DNA from: Candidatus Dojkabacteria bacterium
GTDB lineage: Bacteria; Patescibacteriota; Dojkabacteria; SC72; JAFGCJ01
Direction of reading: 5' to 3'
Length of the DNA stretch: 64,000 bases
Assembly (NCBI GenBank): GCA_016932785.1
Contig: JAFGCJ010000003.1
Span: 104,971 to 168,970, forward strand
Shown: positions 8,127 to 16,365 of the stretch, in pieces
Layout: each line of letters opens with the position of its first letter
Numbering within the stretch: position 1 is the stretch's first letter
Notes under the pieces: generated by a model
Seen by the model: the letters and a program-made list of their open reading frames with translations, nothing else
Told to the model about the DNA's origin: nothing
The model's database searches: none
Position numbers and translations under genes: made by a program

Positions 8127-10445
8127 AAGAATCTCAGTATTATTTCCAGTAAGATTTTCTTTTCTGTATCTTGATATGCCAGTATTTTTTTGTTTCTTTG
8201 GGATTTCGAAGAAGAAAGTAGAACCTTTCCCCTCCCCTTCGCTTTCAACCCAGATTTTTCCTTTGTGTGAATCGATAACGTTCTTGGATACATAAAGGCC
8301 CAGACCGGTTCCACCCGGACGAACAAGGCTGTCGTTTCTGTCGCCAATATGGGATTTGACTCTGGAAAACTTTTTGAATAGCACGGCCTGATCTTCTTTT
8401 CTAATCCCTACTCCAGAATCTTTAATACTGCAGCCCACCGTTTCTTTATCCTCGTTTATTTTTACCTCTATGTATCCCTCTGTTGTATATTTAACAGCAT
8501 TGCTAAGTAGGTTGTCTATGACCTCACGCATTCTTGTAGTATCCATATCTACAAGTATCCGTTTATTTGGCGGGGTGTAGATTAATTTAAGACCTTTTTC
8601 TTCTGATGTGTGGGAAATATCTTCAACAGCCTTTGAAATAAGCTCAACAAAGTCTCCAGTTTCCATATTGAGCTCAAATTTCTTATTTTCTATACGAGCA
8701 GATTCAAGAAATGTATTGACTAGTCTTATCTGGCGTTCTGTGCTTTCTACGAGTCTCTCGAAGTATTTGTTAACTTTTTCATCTTTAACATTTTCGGGGT
8801 GGAGTTTTTCAAGACGGTTTTTGAGTAGATACAAGTTCGTTTTTAGTATTGATGCCGGCGTTCGGAGTTCGTGACCAGCAATGTCCATCAGGTCTTTCTC
8901 TTTTTTAAATAGTTCCTCGAGGTTGTCATATAGGTCCTGAAGTTCTTCATTTCGGCGTTGTAGCTCCTCTGTGGCATGGTCTACTTTTTGTTGAAGGTTT
9001 CTGTTTAAGTCTTGGAACTTTGAAAAGAAGATACAGCGACTAGCGGATATTGAGGTTTGGTTTTCGAAGTTCGATAGGAATTCAATATCCTCTCTTGCAT
9101 AGACTTCTGTTTGAGATCTGTCTTTGAGCAGTATTACACCGAGAATAGTCTCTTTGTTTGTTGTTTCCTCTCTACCACGTACTGGTATGGCTATAATGAT
9201 GCCATTCTTGTTCATAAATTTCAGTAGTTCTTCAGTTATTCTGGAAGAGTTTTCTCGAACTTTTTTCTCAAGTGATTCTGCTTCGATAATTTCCTGCTTA
9301 TCCGCAAATCCCTTTTTTATAAGGGACGTCTCGTGTGTGGATAGAGTAAATCCACTAAGTTCTCCGGAGCCATACTGCAGTATAGGACTGTTTTCATCTT
9401 CAGAATCAAAGAAAATAAAGAAAGACCCCTTGGTTCTAAGAGTTCTCTGTATTATATCCGACATCAAATCTGCAAGGCCTCTCAAATGAAGAATTTTTCC
9501 GGAAAGAGCAGTGTATTCTCTCAGTATTGCCTCAGAGTCGTACTCAGACGATATTATTTTTCGTCTTATAAAGCCTTGAATGACCTTAGAAGCACTTTCA
9601 TCGATCCATTTATATATGAAGGCAACTCCGAAGTTTAGTAATAAAATTTCAGGACGAATTATAGGATCAATATTTAGCTCGAAGATGGCGACGAGATAGA
9701 ATCCTACAAATGGCAAAATTGCGGTTAGGACTATGCTCAGGATGTTACCTATTAGTACATTAATACCAAATAGTTGATGTCGAATAACTGAAATCGTCGA
9801 AAAGAGAATTAAGAACAGGATAAACGCTGGACCCAAGAATACAAAAAGACTCTGCTTAAGAAAAACCACAAAGATAAGATTAGTCACCAGAGTTGGTACA
9901 ATTGTTAGCACGATACCTGTTACGAGGTATCTCATTCTTGTTTTGGAGAGACCGGTAGCCGTTCTCCATTTTTTTATTAATATGACAGAAGATACTATAA
10001 GAAGGATAAGGAGGTTGATGACATACATTATCATTCCTGGACCGAATGAAGGTATGATGTTACCATTCTCCATTGCAACGGATTTGACAACAAATCCTGT
10101 GAAATAAAGAGGGAATGTCAAAGATTGAATAGCTGCGAGGACATGTATTATTTTAGTGTCAATCTGGTCGTCGTTTTCTGGGTAATAATTACTGAAGTAC
10201 AGCAGGAAGGTAAGAAGCGGCACAGTAATGACAAGGACTGCTCTTATCCAGAAAAGAGTTTGAACTGTATTTGCGGAGGTGAGTGAAAACTGGTTAGCAA
10301 TCGACCACAAAAGTATAAAAAAAATGAAAAAAGAAAGACTTCGTTGTGTCTTTGAAAGGCGTTTATTTTCTCGCCTGGTCAGAATTAGTAATATGAAGAA
10401 TATGCAGGAAACAGATGTTATGATTGTGACAATATATACAATCAT
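8118..10445 (-). CDS. Sensor histidine kinase with a large polytopic N-terminal membrane domain
   Basis: About 8 N-terminal TM helices, H-box AGHELRTPASIL, N-box DNLLSNAVKYT, G1 DSGVGI and G2 GGTGLGLYVS. Confidence 0.9.
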   Translation of the reverse strand: MIVYIVTIITSVSCIFFILLILTRRENKRLSKTQRSLSFFIFFILLWSIANQFSLTSANTVQTLFWIRAVLVITVPLLTFLLYFSNYYPENDDQIDTKIIHVLAAIQSLTFPLYFTGFVVKSVAMENGNIIPSFGPGMIMYVINLLILLIVSSVILIKKWRTATGLSKTRMRYLVTGIVLTIVPTLVTNLIFVVFLKQSLFVFLGPAFILFLILFSTISVIRHQLFGINVLIGNILSIVLTAILPFVGFYLVAIFELNIDPIIRPEILLLNFGVAFIYKWIDESASKVIQGFIRRKIISSEYDSEAILREYTALSGKILHLRGLADLMSDIIQRTLRTKGSFFIFFDSEDENSPILQYGSGELSGFTLSTHETSLIKKGFADKQEIIEAESLEKKVRENSSRITEELLKFMNKNGIIIAIPVRGREETTNKETILGVILLKDRSQTEVYAREDIEFLSNFENQTSISASRCIFFSKFQDLNRNLQQKVDHATEELQRRNEELQDLYDNLEELFKKEKDLMDIAGHELRTPASILKTNLYLLKNRLEKLHPENVKDEKVNKYFERLVESTERQIRLVNTFLESARIENKKFELNMETGDFVELISKAVEDISHTSEEKGLKLIYTPPNKRILVDMDTTRMREVIDNLLSNAVKYTTEGYIEVKINEDKETVGCSIKDSGVGIRKEDQAVLFKKFSRVKSHIGDRNDSLVRPGGTGLGLYVSKNVIDSHKGKIWVESEGEGKGSTFFFEIPKKQKNTGISRYRKENLTGNNTEILGG

Positions 10446-10478
10446 GGGCTTTTTCTTATGTCATTGAAATAGAAACTA

Positions 10479-10487
10479 ATTATATCA
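10479..10487 (-). promoter_or_regulatory. Extended -10 promoter element (TGATATAAT) for the histidine kinase gene
   Basis: The minus strand reads TGATATAAT about 35 nt upstream of the ATG at 10445. Confidence 0.4.
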
Positions 10488-10548
10488 CGATAGTATACCC
10501 TATGTAGCAAAAACAGTCTGGATTTAGGTGAGAAATCCTTCTTTGAGA

Positions 10549-11715
10549 TTATTTCTTCATCTCTCTCAGTATTTCGATAATTATACCAATTCTCATGGGA
10601 ACTCTTTTTATTGACTGTATCCAGGTATCTAGTGCTCTTCTTGAACTTACTGAAGAGGATTTCCTCATCTTTTCTCCGGTTGAAATTCTGGTGAGAGCAT
10701 CGATTGCGAAGGTGCTAGTAAGCAATGCCGACGGAGCCTCCTGAGCGAGATAATCAACATTCCCTGAAACTTTAAGGAGAAAAAAACGGAGCATATCTCT
10801 TGGTATCCTTAGTAGGATATGATGCCTCATTACGTCAAAAACTATTTTGTCAAAGTGCCCCTCACGGATATCTTCCTCAGATACTCTCCCATTGAAGATT
10901 TTGGTTTCGGGGTCTCTGTAGTCGTAGAGATCGAAGGTGCTTCCCGATCCAGTGTCACTAATCAAGAGTACAGGCTTACCCTGCTCATGTGCATAGTAGT
11001 GGAGCCACCACATGGCCTCAGGGTTATCCAGTGAACTTATTACTACATCACATGAATCAACAAAAGCTAGAGCTGACTCTCTGTCAATACCACCAAAATA
11101 GTTAAACTCAGCATACGGATTGATTAATGCAACTTCCCTTCTAGTAACATCAATTTTTCTTTTTCCTAAGTCAGCCTGGGTTGCCGGCAAGAGTCTATTT
11201 AGATTATGATTCTCAACCCGTTCATCTGGTAGTTCTGCCACAGAAAATTTTTTGAATCCGACCCTGACTGCTGTTGCTGTGATATTCATGCCTACAGTTC
11301 CTAAACCCGCGATACCAACTCTAAGGTTTTCAATTTTATTAATCTTTTCATCTTCAGATCTTACTTGTTCGGGGTCATCACCATCTTTTACTCTTCTTAT
11401 TGATTCATCTGTAGCAAAAAGAATCCAGTGCCTACCTGTTAGTATTCTTTGATATTCATCTTCAGGAGGACATATTATTACTACTCCTGGGTCACTGACA
11501 TAAAATGGATGCACGGAGTCGACAGGTTCTTCCCCTTTTAAAACATCATAGACTTTTCCGTCTGTGTTATCTCTCCATGGAAATTGACGTAGTCCGGGGA
11601 GAGTTCTAACGTCAACGGGAAAAATCTTGAGGTCCTCGATGGGCGGTTCTGTCATAGACATTCGCTCAGCCGTTAAAGGGGCATTTATAAAGTCTCCTTC
11701 ATCTGTAGAAGCCAT
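10549..11715 (-). CDS. E1-like (ThiF/MoeB/HesA family) adenylyltransferase with an unassigned N-terminal domain of about 130 aa
   Basis: Rossmann and E1 motifs VGIAGLGTVGMNI...VENHNLNRL...DLGKRKIDV...VISSLDNPEAMWWL. I see no CxxC zinc motifs and no JAB or E2 motifs. Confidence 0.8.
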   Translation of the reverse strand: MASTDEGDFINAPLTAERMSMTEPPIEDLKIFPVDVRTLPGLRQFPWRDNTDGKVYDVLKGEEPVDSVHPFYVSDPGVVIICPPEDEYQRILTGRHWILFATDESIRRVKDGDDPEQVRSEDEKINKIENLRVGIAGLGTVGMNITATAVRVGFKKFSVAELPDERVENHNLNRLLPATQADLGKRKIDVTRREVALINPYAEFNYFGGIDRESALAFVDSCDVVISSLDNPEAMWWLHYYAHEQGKPVLLISDTGSGSTFDLYDYRDPETKIFNGRVSEEDIREGHFDKIVFDVMRHHILLRIPRDMLRFFLLKVSGNVDYLAQEAPSALLTSTFAIDALTRISTGEKMRKSSSVSSRRALDTWIQSIKRVPMRIGIIIEILREMKK

Positions 11716-11738
11716 TTGGATATCGGGATAAATTAATT

Positions 11739-12719
11739 CTAATTAGAAGAACTTTGCCATTGTCGAAAAAGATGGTCGATATTTTCTCGTAGCTGCTCAA
11801 GCGGATGGTAATATAGCTTTGGACTATCTTGTACTTCGGTGCGGATTCTCTCCCAGTTAGCCTCGACGGTCTCTCTGAAGAGCAAGAGATTACTCTTACT
11901 TGCAGTCACAACTCTCTCAAGACTACCGGGTTCCCCGGATACTTTGATAGAATCAAGTCCGTTTTCCCTGAGCCACCTTACAAGATCTGCTTTATCCATA
12001 AAATAAGGATAGAACTCTTTAAAATATTCGTCATTTGTGCCCAGAGGTCCTTCTGTCGGATTATTTCCCTCCCAATCTAGGCCTATACCATGAATTTCCT
12101 GAAACTCCAGACCCATCCTTTGTAGCGCTATAGCAAGTTTTGGTTTCATCATTGCTACACCAATAGTAGAACCCTTGTCTAGTCCCCAAGATATACACGC
12201 CCTCATTAGTTGCAAGAAAGTAGGGAGCATCTTTGGATTCCCAATTCCGGAAGCAGATACAAGTCCCTTGAATTCTATGTATTCTTCAGGAGATATACCA
12301 AGGATTTCTGCTAATCTACGTCCATCTTCCCCCACAGTAAGGTATGATGCCTCAGTATTGGCAGTGCTACCAGTAGTTTCCCCTCCCCAGGCTGCGGTCA
12401 TTGTAGATTCAATATATCTTGATCCTTGATCGCCGAATATTGTTGATAGAAATACCTGAGACTTTCCGTGGTTTTCTAGAAGACTTTCTTTTCTGAAATC
12501 AGCTGCACCATGCTCTCGGTAACCCTCGGTTAAAAGGTATAGCACGGGTTCAAGTACTGCTGGATCGGAGGTTAGTGCCTGGGCATCAACACGAATATTA
12601 CCGCCATTATTTGCGATTATGACAGGTGCTTGATAGTAGTTTAATTCTGCGTCTTTTTCTCCAGTCCCGCCTTGAGGTTCTACTACTAAATTTGAAATGC
12701 TTACAACGACAGGTGACAT
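11739..12719 (-). CDS. Hypothetical protein, possibly a GNAT/acyltransferase-like fold; co-oriented 23 nt upstream of the E1-like gene
   Basis: 326-aa ORF. The segment MLPTFLQLMRACISWGLDKGSTIGVAMMKPKLAIALQRMGLEFQEIHGIG resembles the helix-strand-helix core of N-acyl synthase and GNAT-like enzymes. This assignment is by eye only. Confidence 0.5.
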   Translation of the reverse strand: MSPVVVSISNLVVEPQGGTGEKDAELNYYQAPVIIANNGGNIRVDAQALTSDPAVLEPVLYLLTEGYREHGAADFRKESLLENHGKSQVFLSTIFGDQGSRYIESTMTAAWGGETTGSTANTEASYLTVGEDGRRLAEILGISPEEYIEFKGLVSASGIGNPKMLPTFLQLMRACISWGLDKGSTIGVAMMKPKLAIALQRMGLEFQEIHGIGLDWEGNNPTEGPLGTNDEYFKEFYPYFMDKADLVRWLRENGLDSIKVSGEPGSLERVVTASKSNLLLFRETVEANWERIRTEVQDSPKLYYHPLEQLRENIDHLFRQWQSSSN

Positions 12720-12789
12720 TAAATTTGTAATAAAATTACAAAACTACACAAATCCTCCAATGGTTGGAAGGTTTGATGACTACTAAATA

Positions 12790-12818
12790 ATTTTATCAAC
12801 GACGTGATAATAAGTCAA
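12790..12818 (-). promoter_or_regulatory. Sigma70-like promoter TTGACT-17 nt-TAAAAT for the 326-aa/E1-like gene pair
   Basis: On the minus strand, TTGACT is at 12818-12813 and TAAAAT at 12795-12790 with a 17-nt spacer, about 70 nt upstream of the ATG at 12719. Confidence 0.45.
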
Positions 12819-12895
12819 TATATTATAGGGTTTTTGGTGTTTTATAACTCGCAAAGATATTGATCAACAGAGTTATGCAGTTTTTGAAAGTGAAT

Positions 12896-12931
12896 CCATA
12901 CGCACTTGGGTGGGACAGAGAGTGCGTATGG
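12896..12931 (-). terminator. Hairpin (11-bp stem) downstream of the small membrane-protein gene; possible terminator of the dnaA unit
   Basis: CCATACGCACT-14 nt-AGTGCGTATGG. The downstream U-tract on the minus strand is weak (AUUCACUUUC). Confidence 0.35.
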
Positions 12932-12958
12932 ATTCTATTGTGGTTTGGGTCTTTGTGG

Positions 12959-13192
12959 CTAACTCTTGAACAGTAGCAGAATGAGCATACATAATATGAC
13001 AAGAAGTGCCAAAGGCCCCAGGACAACGAAAGCTATGCCCCCAATCAAAAGGTACCTTGCAACTTTGTGGGCCTTCTTTGAACGGAATAGACATGATAAG
13101 ACGATCGTAAATATGCCTATACCGACAAAGTACATCCACCCCACCGTAATTAAGACACAGATTGCTTGAAAGAACTCGGATGTTGATTCCAT
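12959..13192 (-). CDS. Small hydrophobic membrane protein
   Basis: 77 aa with 2-3 TM helices and a strong SD (GGAGGTGA, 5-nt spacer) immediately upstream of the ATG at 13192. Confidence 0.6.
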   Translation of the reverse strand: MESTSEFFQAICVLITVGWMYFVGIGIFTIVLSCLFRSKKAHKVARYLLIGGIAFVVLGPLALLVILCMLILLLFKS

Positions 13193-13389
13193 CTAAATCA
13201 CCTCCTCGTGTGGGTTGTCATCCTATAGTAATTATATCTAAAACTGGATTGAATGTCGATTCGATAGGTTGAAAAATTGAAGATTAAGGACTCTTCTGCC
13301 ATGAATTAAAAGTGATAGTGGTGTTTATATAACTGGATTATGTCTGATAAAAGATAACATTGAGTTGGCATCAAACTGTTATTTATTCC

Positions 13390-14832
13390 CTACCTTAACC
13401 CCTTAACCCTACCCTTGAATCCCTCATCCTCCTCCATCCTCTCCTCTACCCTCTCTATAGCATGTAAAACAGTAGTATGATCGCTCCGGTTTAGTTCTTT
13501 GGCGACCTGCTCTAATGGCAGTTCTAGTTCTGTCCGTAATAAATACATACATACCTGACGGGGAAGAACAATCTCGGCGGTCCTCCGTTTCCCGCGGACA
13601 TCTCTCACAGAAGCATTGAACTCTTTACATACGGCGCGGATAATTTCTCTTGGGCTTACCCTTTTCCGTTTGCTTTCTGCATCTATCTCGAGTATCTTGG
13701 CTACCTCATCTTCTGTTGGAACAACACCACCGTATTTCACGTGTGTTGCTACTCTAATCAGAGATCCTTCCAACTCGCGGATATTCTCCTCGAAAGATTT
13801 TGCGATGAAGGTTAGTAAATTCTCTGGAAGGACTATGCCCTTTTCTTCTGCTTTCTGTTTAATAATTGCGATCCGTAGCTCATAGTCAGGTTCGTTTATG
13901 TCCGCTACCATTCCGCCTCTGAAGCGTGACTTCAATCTGTCTGTCAGCCCGTCTATTTGCTCAGGCGGTCTGTCTGATGCGAGTATTATCTGTTTGTTTG
14001 CCTGATATAAAGTATTGAATGTGTGGAAAAGCTCTTTCTGGGCAGCTTCCCAGCTTGAGATGAATTGGATGTCGTCGATGATAAGGGTGTCCAGCTGTCT
14101 ATAGTTCTGTCTAAATTCAATAGTACGATCGTTCCTTATGGCCTCGACCATCTCGTTTAAAAATGTTTCACTAGGGCAGTATTGTACTTTTCGGTTGGGG
14201 TCTTTATTTAAGATTCGGTTTCCGATTGCTTGAATGAGGTGTGTCTTTCCGAGACCGACTCCTCCGTATACAAAGAATGGGTTGTATGCCCGACCTGGAT
14301 TGTCTGCGACTGCTTCAGATGCCGCGTGGGCAAGTTTATTTGAGTCACCGACTACAAAATTTTCGAATAGATAGCTTGGATTTAGTGCTCCTTTTTGCTG
14401 TGCTTCTTCAACTAGGTTCTGGTGGGTGTAGCTTATATTGAAAATTGGTGCTTCCTCAGGTGAAATCGATAGTCCCTCGTATCTGTTTTCAGTAGATGCA
14501 GGTTCTTTATAGACTCCAGCATCCTCTTCGTTTTCAACTGTGAATATTACTTCGTTGTCGGTTTTAGTTATCGATTGCAGAATAATCTTGATTAGCTTGG
14601 TGTGATTGGTGTCGAGCCATTCTCGAGCGTAGTTAGAGGGGCATGCCACAGTAGCTATGCCGTTTTCGATTTTAGAAAGATAAGTATTCTTGAACCAAGC
14701 TGAAAAATTTTGAGGTGAGACCCTGAGTTGGATTTGCTCAAGTGCTATCTTCCAGATTTCTTCGGTATTGACGGTTGGGCTACTTGTTCCTTGTTGGGCG
14801 GGTTGAGGCTCCTGGCTCATTTCTTGGTACAA
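13390..14832 (-). CDS. dnaA: Chromosomal replication initiator DnaA
   Basis: Walker A GGVGLGKTHL, DDIQF box, sensor and arginine-finger region, and C-terminal DNA-binding helix (DHTTVLHA). Confidence 0.97.
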   Translation of the reverse strand: MYQEMSQEPQPAQQGTSSPTVNTEEIWKIALEQIQLRVSPQNFSAWFKNTYLSKIENGIATVACPSNYAREWLDTNHTKLIKIILQSITKTDNEVIFTVENEEDAGVYKEPASTENRYEGLSISPEEAPIFNISYTHQNLVEEAQQKGALNPSYLFENFVVGDSNKLAHAASEAVADNPGRAYNPFFVYGGVGLGKTHLIQAIGNRILNKDPNRKVQYCPSETFLNEMVEAIRNDRTIEFRQNYRQLDTLIIDDIQFISSWEAAQKELFHTFNTLYQANKQIILASDRPPEQIDGLTDRLKSRFRGGMVADINEPDYELRIAIIKQKAEEKGIVLPENLLTFIAKSFEENIRELEGSLIRVATHVKYGGVVPTEDEVAKILEIDAESKRKRVSPREIIRAVCKEFNASVRDVRGKRRTAEIVLPRQVCMYLLRTELELPLEQVAKELNRSDHTTVLHAIERVEERMEEDEGFKGRVKGLR

Positions 14833-14960
14833 GGTATAAAAATATGATCGGTCTTTAGATTGGGCTAGTTTTTGAATGGTGATGCCAGAAATTTGAGTCG
14901 TCTTCCTTAAGTTCTGGCAGTCATTTTTTCAGAAATTCAATGTTCGGGAATCTAACACAA

Positions 14961-14969
14961 TGTGGATAA
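14961..14969. promoter_or_regulatory. Perfect DnaA box (TGTGGATAA) in the dnaA-rpmH divergent intergenic region
   Basis: Exact 9-mer about 130 nt upstream of the dnaA start. Coding strand bias switches in this intergenic region (14833-15522). Confidence 0.6.
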
Positions 14970-15184
14970 CTTTGCAAACAATACATGAAAAACCTTGTTA
15001 TTTCATTAAAATTTAATATATAGAAAAGAGTCCAGTTGTCATAGAGGACTGGGATCTGTAAAAAAGAACTAGAAGCAGTTGTAGGGTAGAGTTTAGACTG
15101 CTGCGTCTAGGTGTTTATCCCATAGTAATACAGGTGATTCCATAGTATAATTATAGATGAGCAAGAAAAACTATATGAAAGGAG

Positions 15185-15388
15185 GTGATCGAGGTGATCA
15201 CCACTTTGCTCAGGCCTGTGGGGCTGTTAAGGATCTTGAACAGGGAAGAAGGAGGACAAAAGCAAGATTACGTCTTGATCTCGGCTTGTATTCTTTTGGC
15301 ATTAGCGGCGGTTCTTTTAGTCGGCAGATATGTCGGAGAATTTCTTGTTAATCTGCTTGTTGACGTTATAAACTCCTTTGCTCCCTAG
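15185..15388 (+). CDS. Flp/Fap-type (type IVb, class III signal) pilin-like small protein
   Basis: Strong SD AAAGGAGG at 15177-15185. In-frame GTG starts occur at 15185 and 15194, and the latter has better spacing. The sequence LNREEGGQKQDYVLISACILLALAAVLLVG matches the Flp processing pattern G/XXXX(E/D)Y followed by a hydrophobic helix. Confidence 0.5.
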   Translation: MIEVITTLLRPVGLLRILNREEGGQKQDYVLISACILLALAAVLLVGRYVGEFLVNLLVDVINSFAP

Positions 15389-15522
15389 AACCATCGGCCC
15401 GGATGACCCGGCATAACGCTTTCATGCTTTGCCGGGCCATCCTGAACTTCTTACCTTCAATGACCCTCCCGATCCGTAACTCCTTGAGTATTCCTGCCCT
15501 ATTGTGATAAACTTGCGCAGCA

Positions 15523-15708
15523 ATGACAAAGAGAACATATCAACCCAAAAAAGTTAAAACACTTCGCAAGAGAGGATACCGTGCACGTGCATCAACACCT
15601 GGAGGTCGCAATGTACTTAAGCGGAGAAGAACTAAAGGAAGAAAAAAACTTACTGTTAGTGACCGGTACAGACTTATCAAGAAAACCCCAAAGTCGCGAA
15701 ACAAGTAA
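15523..15708 (+). CDS. rpmH: 50S ribosomal protein L34 with a C-terminal extension
   Basis: [45 protein letters not shown] is canonical L34. About 16 extra basic residues follow it. Confidence 0.95.
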   Translation: MTKRTYQPKKVKTLRKRGYRARASTPGGRNVLKRRRTKGRKKLTVSDRYRLIKKTPKSRNK

Positions 15709-15736
15709 GTTTCTTAATAACTGAGGAATAGAGTTA

Positions 15737-16087
15737 ATGCTCCCCAGGCAGAATCGCCTAAAAAATTCATCCGATTTTGATAAAGTCTACAAAAGTGGAA
15801 AATACGCTAAGGGCAAATACGGCAGGCTTGGTATTTATTCCCGTGGAGATGGTCTGCCAAGCAGATTTGGAGTCGTGGTTCCATCAAAATTCGGCAAAGC
15901 TGCAAAACGCAGTCGTGCCAAAAGACAGGTCAGGGAGATTTTCAAGCAATTACTCGTGCTGTCTCCGTCAGGCTTAGATATTACTTATATTGTTTGGGAT
16001 CTCGGCTTTGATTTCTCTTCGCTGGACAAAGAAATGACTGTACTTTTTAATAAATTAATGAAGCAGATCGATAAGGAGAAAAAATGA
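15737..16087 (+). CDS. rnpA: RNase P protein component
   Basis: Position after rpmH, plus basic RNR-type motifs ([15 protein letters not shown]...[12 protein letters not shown]). Confidence 0.9.
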   Translation: MLPRQNRLKNSSDFDKVYKSGKYAKGKYGRLGIYSRGDGLPSRFGVVVPSKFGKAAKRSRAKRQVREIFKQLLVLSPSGLDITYIVWDLGFDFSSLDKEMTVLFNKLMKQIDKEKK

Positions 16088-16326
16088 TGAGGTATGTGCT
16101 TATGGGTTTCGTAAAAGTCTACCAGTTCTTTTTCTCATTTGATCACGGTATGCCGGGTAAAATGTTTCCGGGGAAAAGAGTCTGCAGATTGTACCCGAGC
16201 TGTTCGGAGTATGCTTATGAAGCTCTGAGAAAATACGGTTCTATCAAGGGGACTTTTCTTGCAGTCAAAAGAATTGTAAAATGCGGTCCGTGGACAGAGT
16301 TTGGTACTCACGATCCTGTACCTTAG
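16084..16326 (+). CDS. yidD: Membrane protein insertion efficiency factor YidD
   Basis: [37 protein letters not shown] motif. It overlaps the rnpA stop by 4 nt. Confidence 0.9.
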   Translation: MMRYVLMGFVKVYQFFFSFDHGMPGKMFPGKRVCRLYPSCSEYAYEALRKYGSIKGTFLAVKRIVKCGPWTEFGTHDPVP

Positions 16327-16365
16327 TAAAAGATAGATAAGTATCTTATTTAAATACATAAAAAC

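Noticed and set aside
12747-12758. GGAGGATTT-GTG-TAG (a strong SD followed by an in-frame start-stop) 28 nt upstream of the 326-aa gene.
   Set aside because: The SD-to-GTG spacing is very short, nothing in the sequence shows that it functions, and it is most simply a coincidence. It is worth remembering only if the cassette turns out to be translationally regulated.
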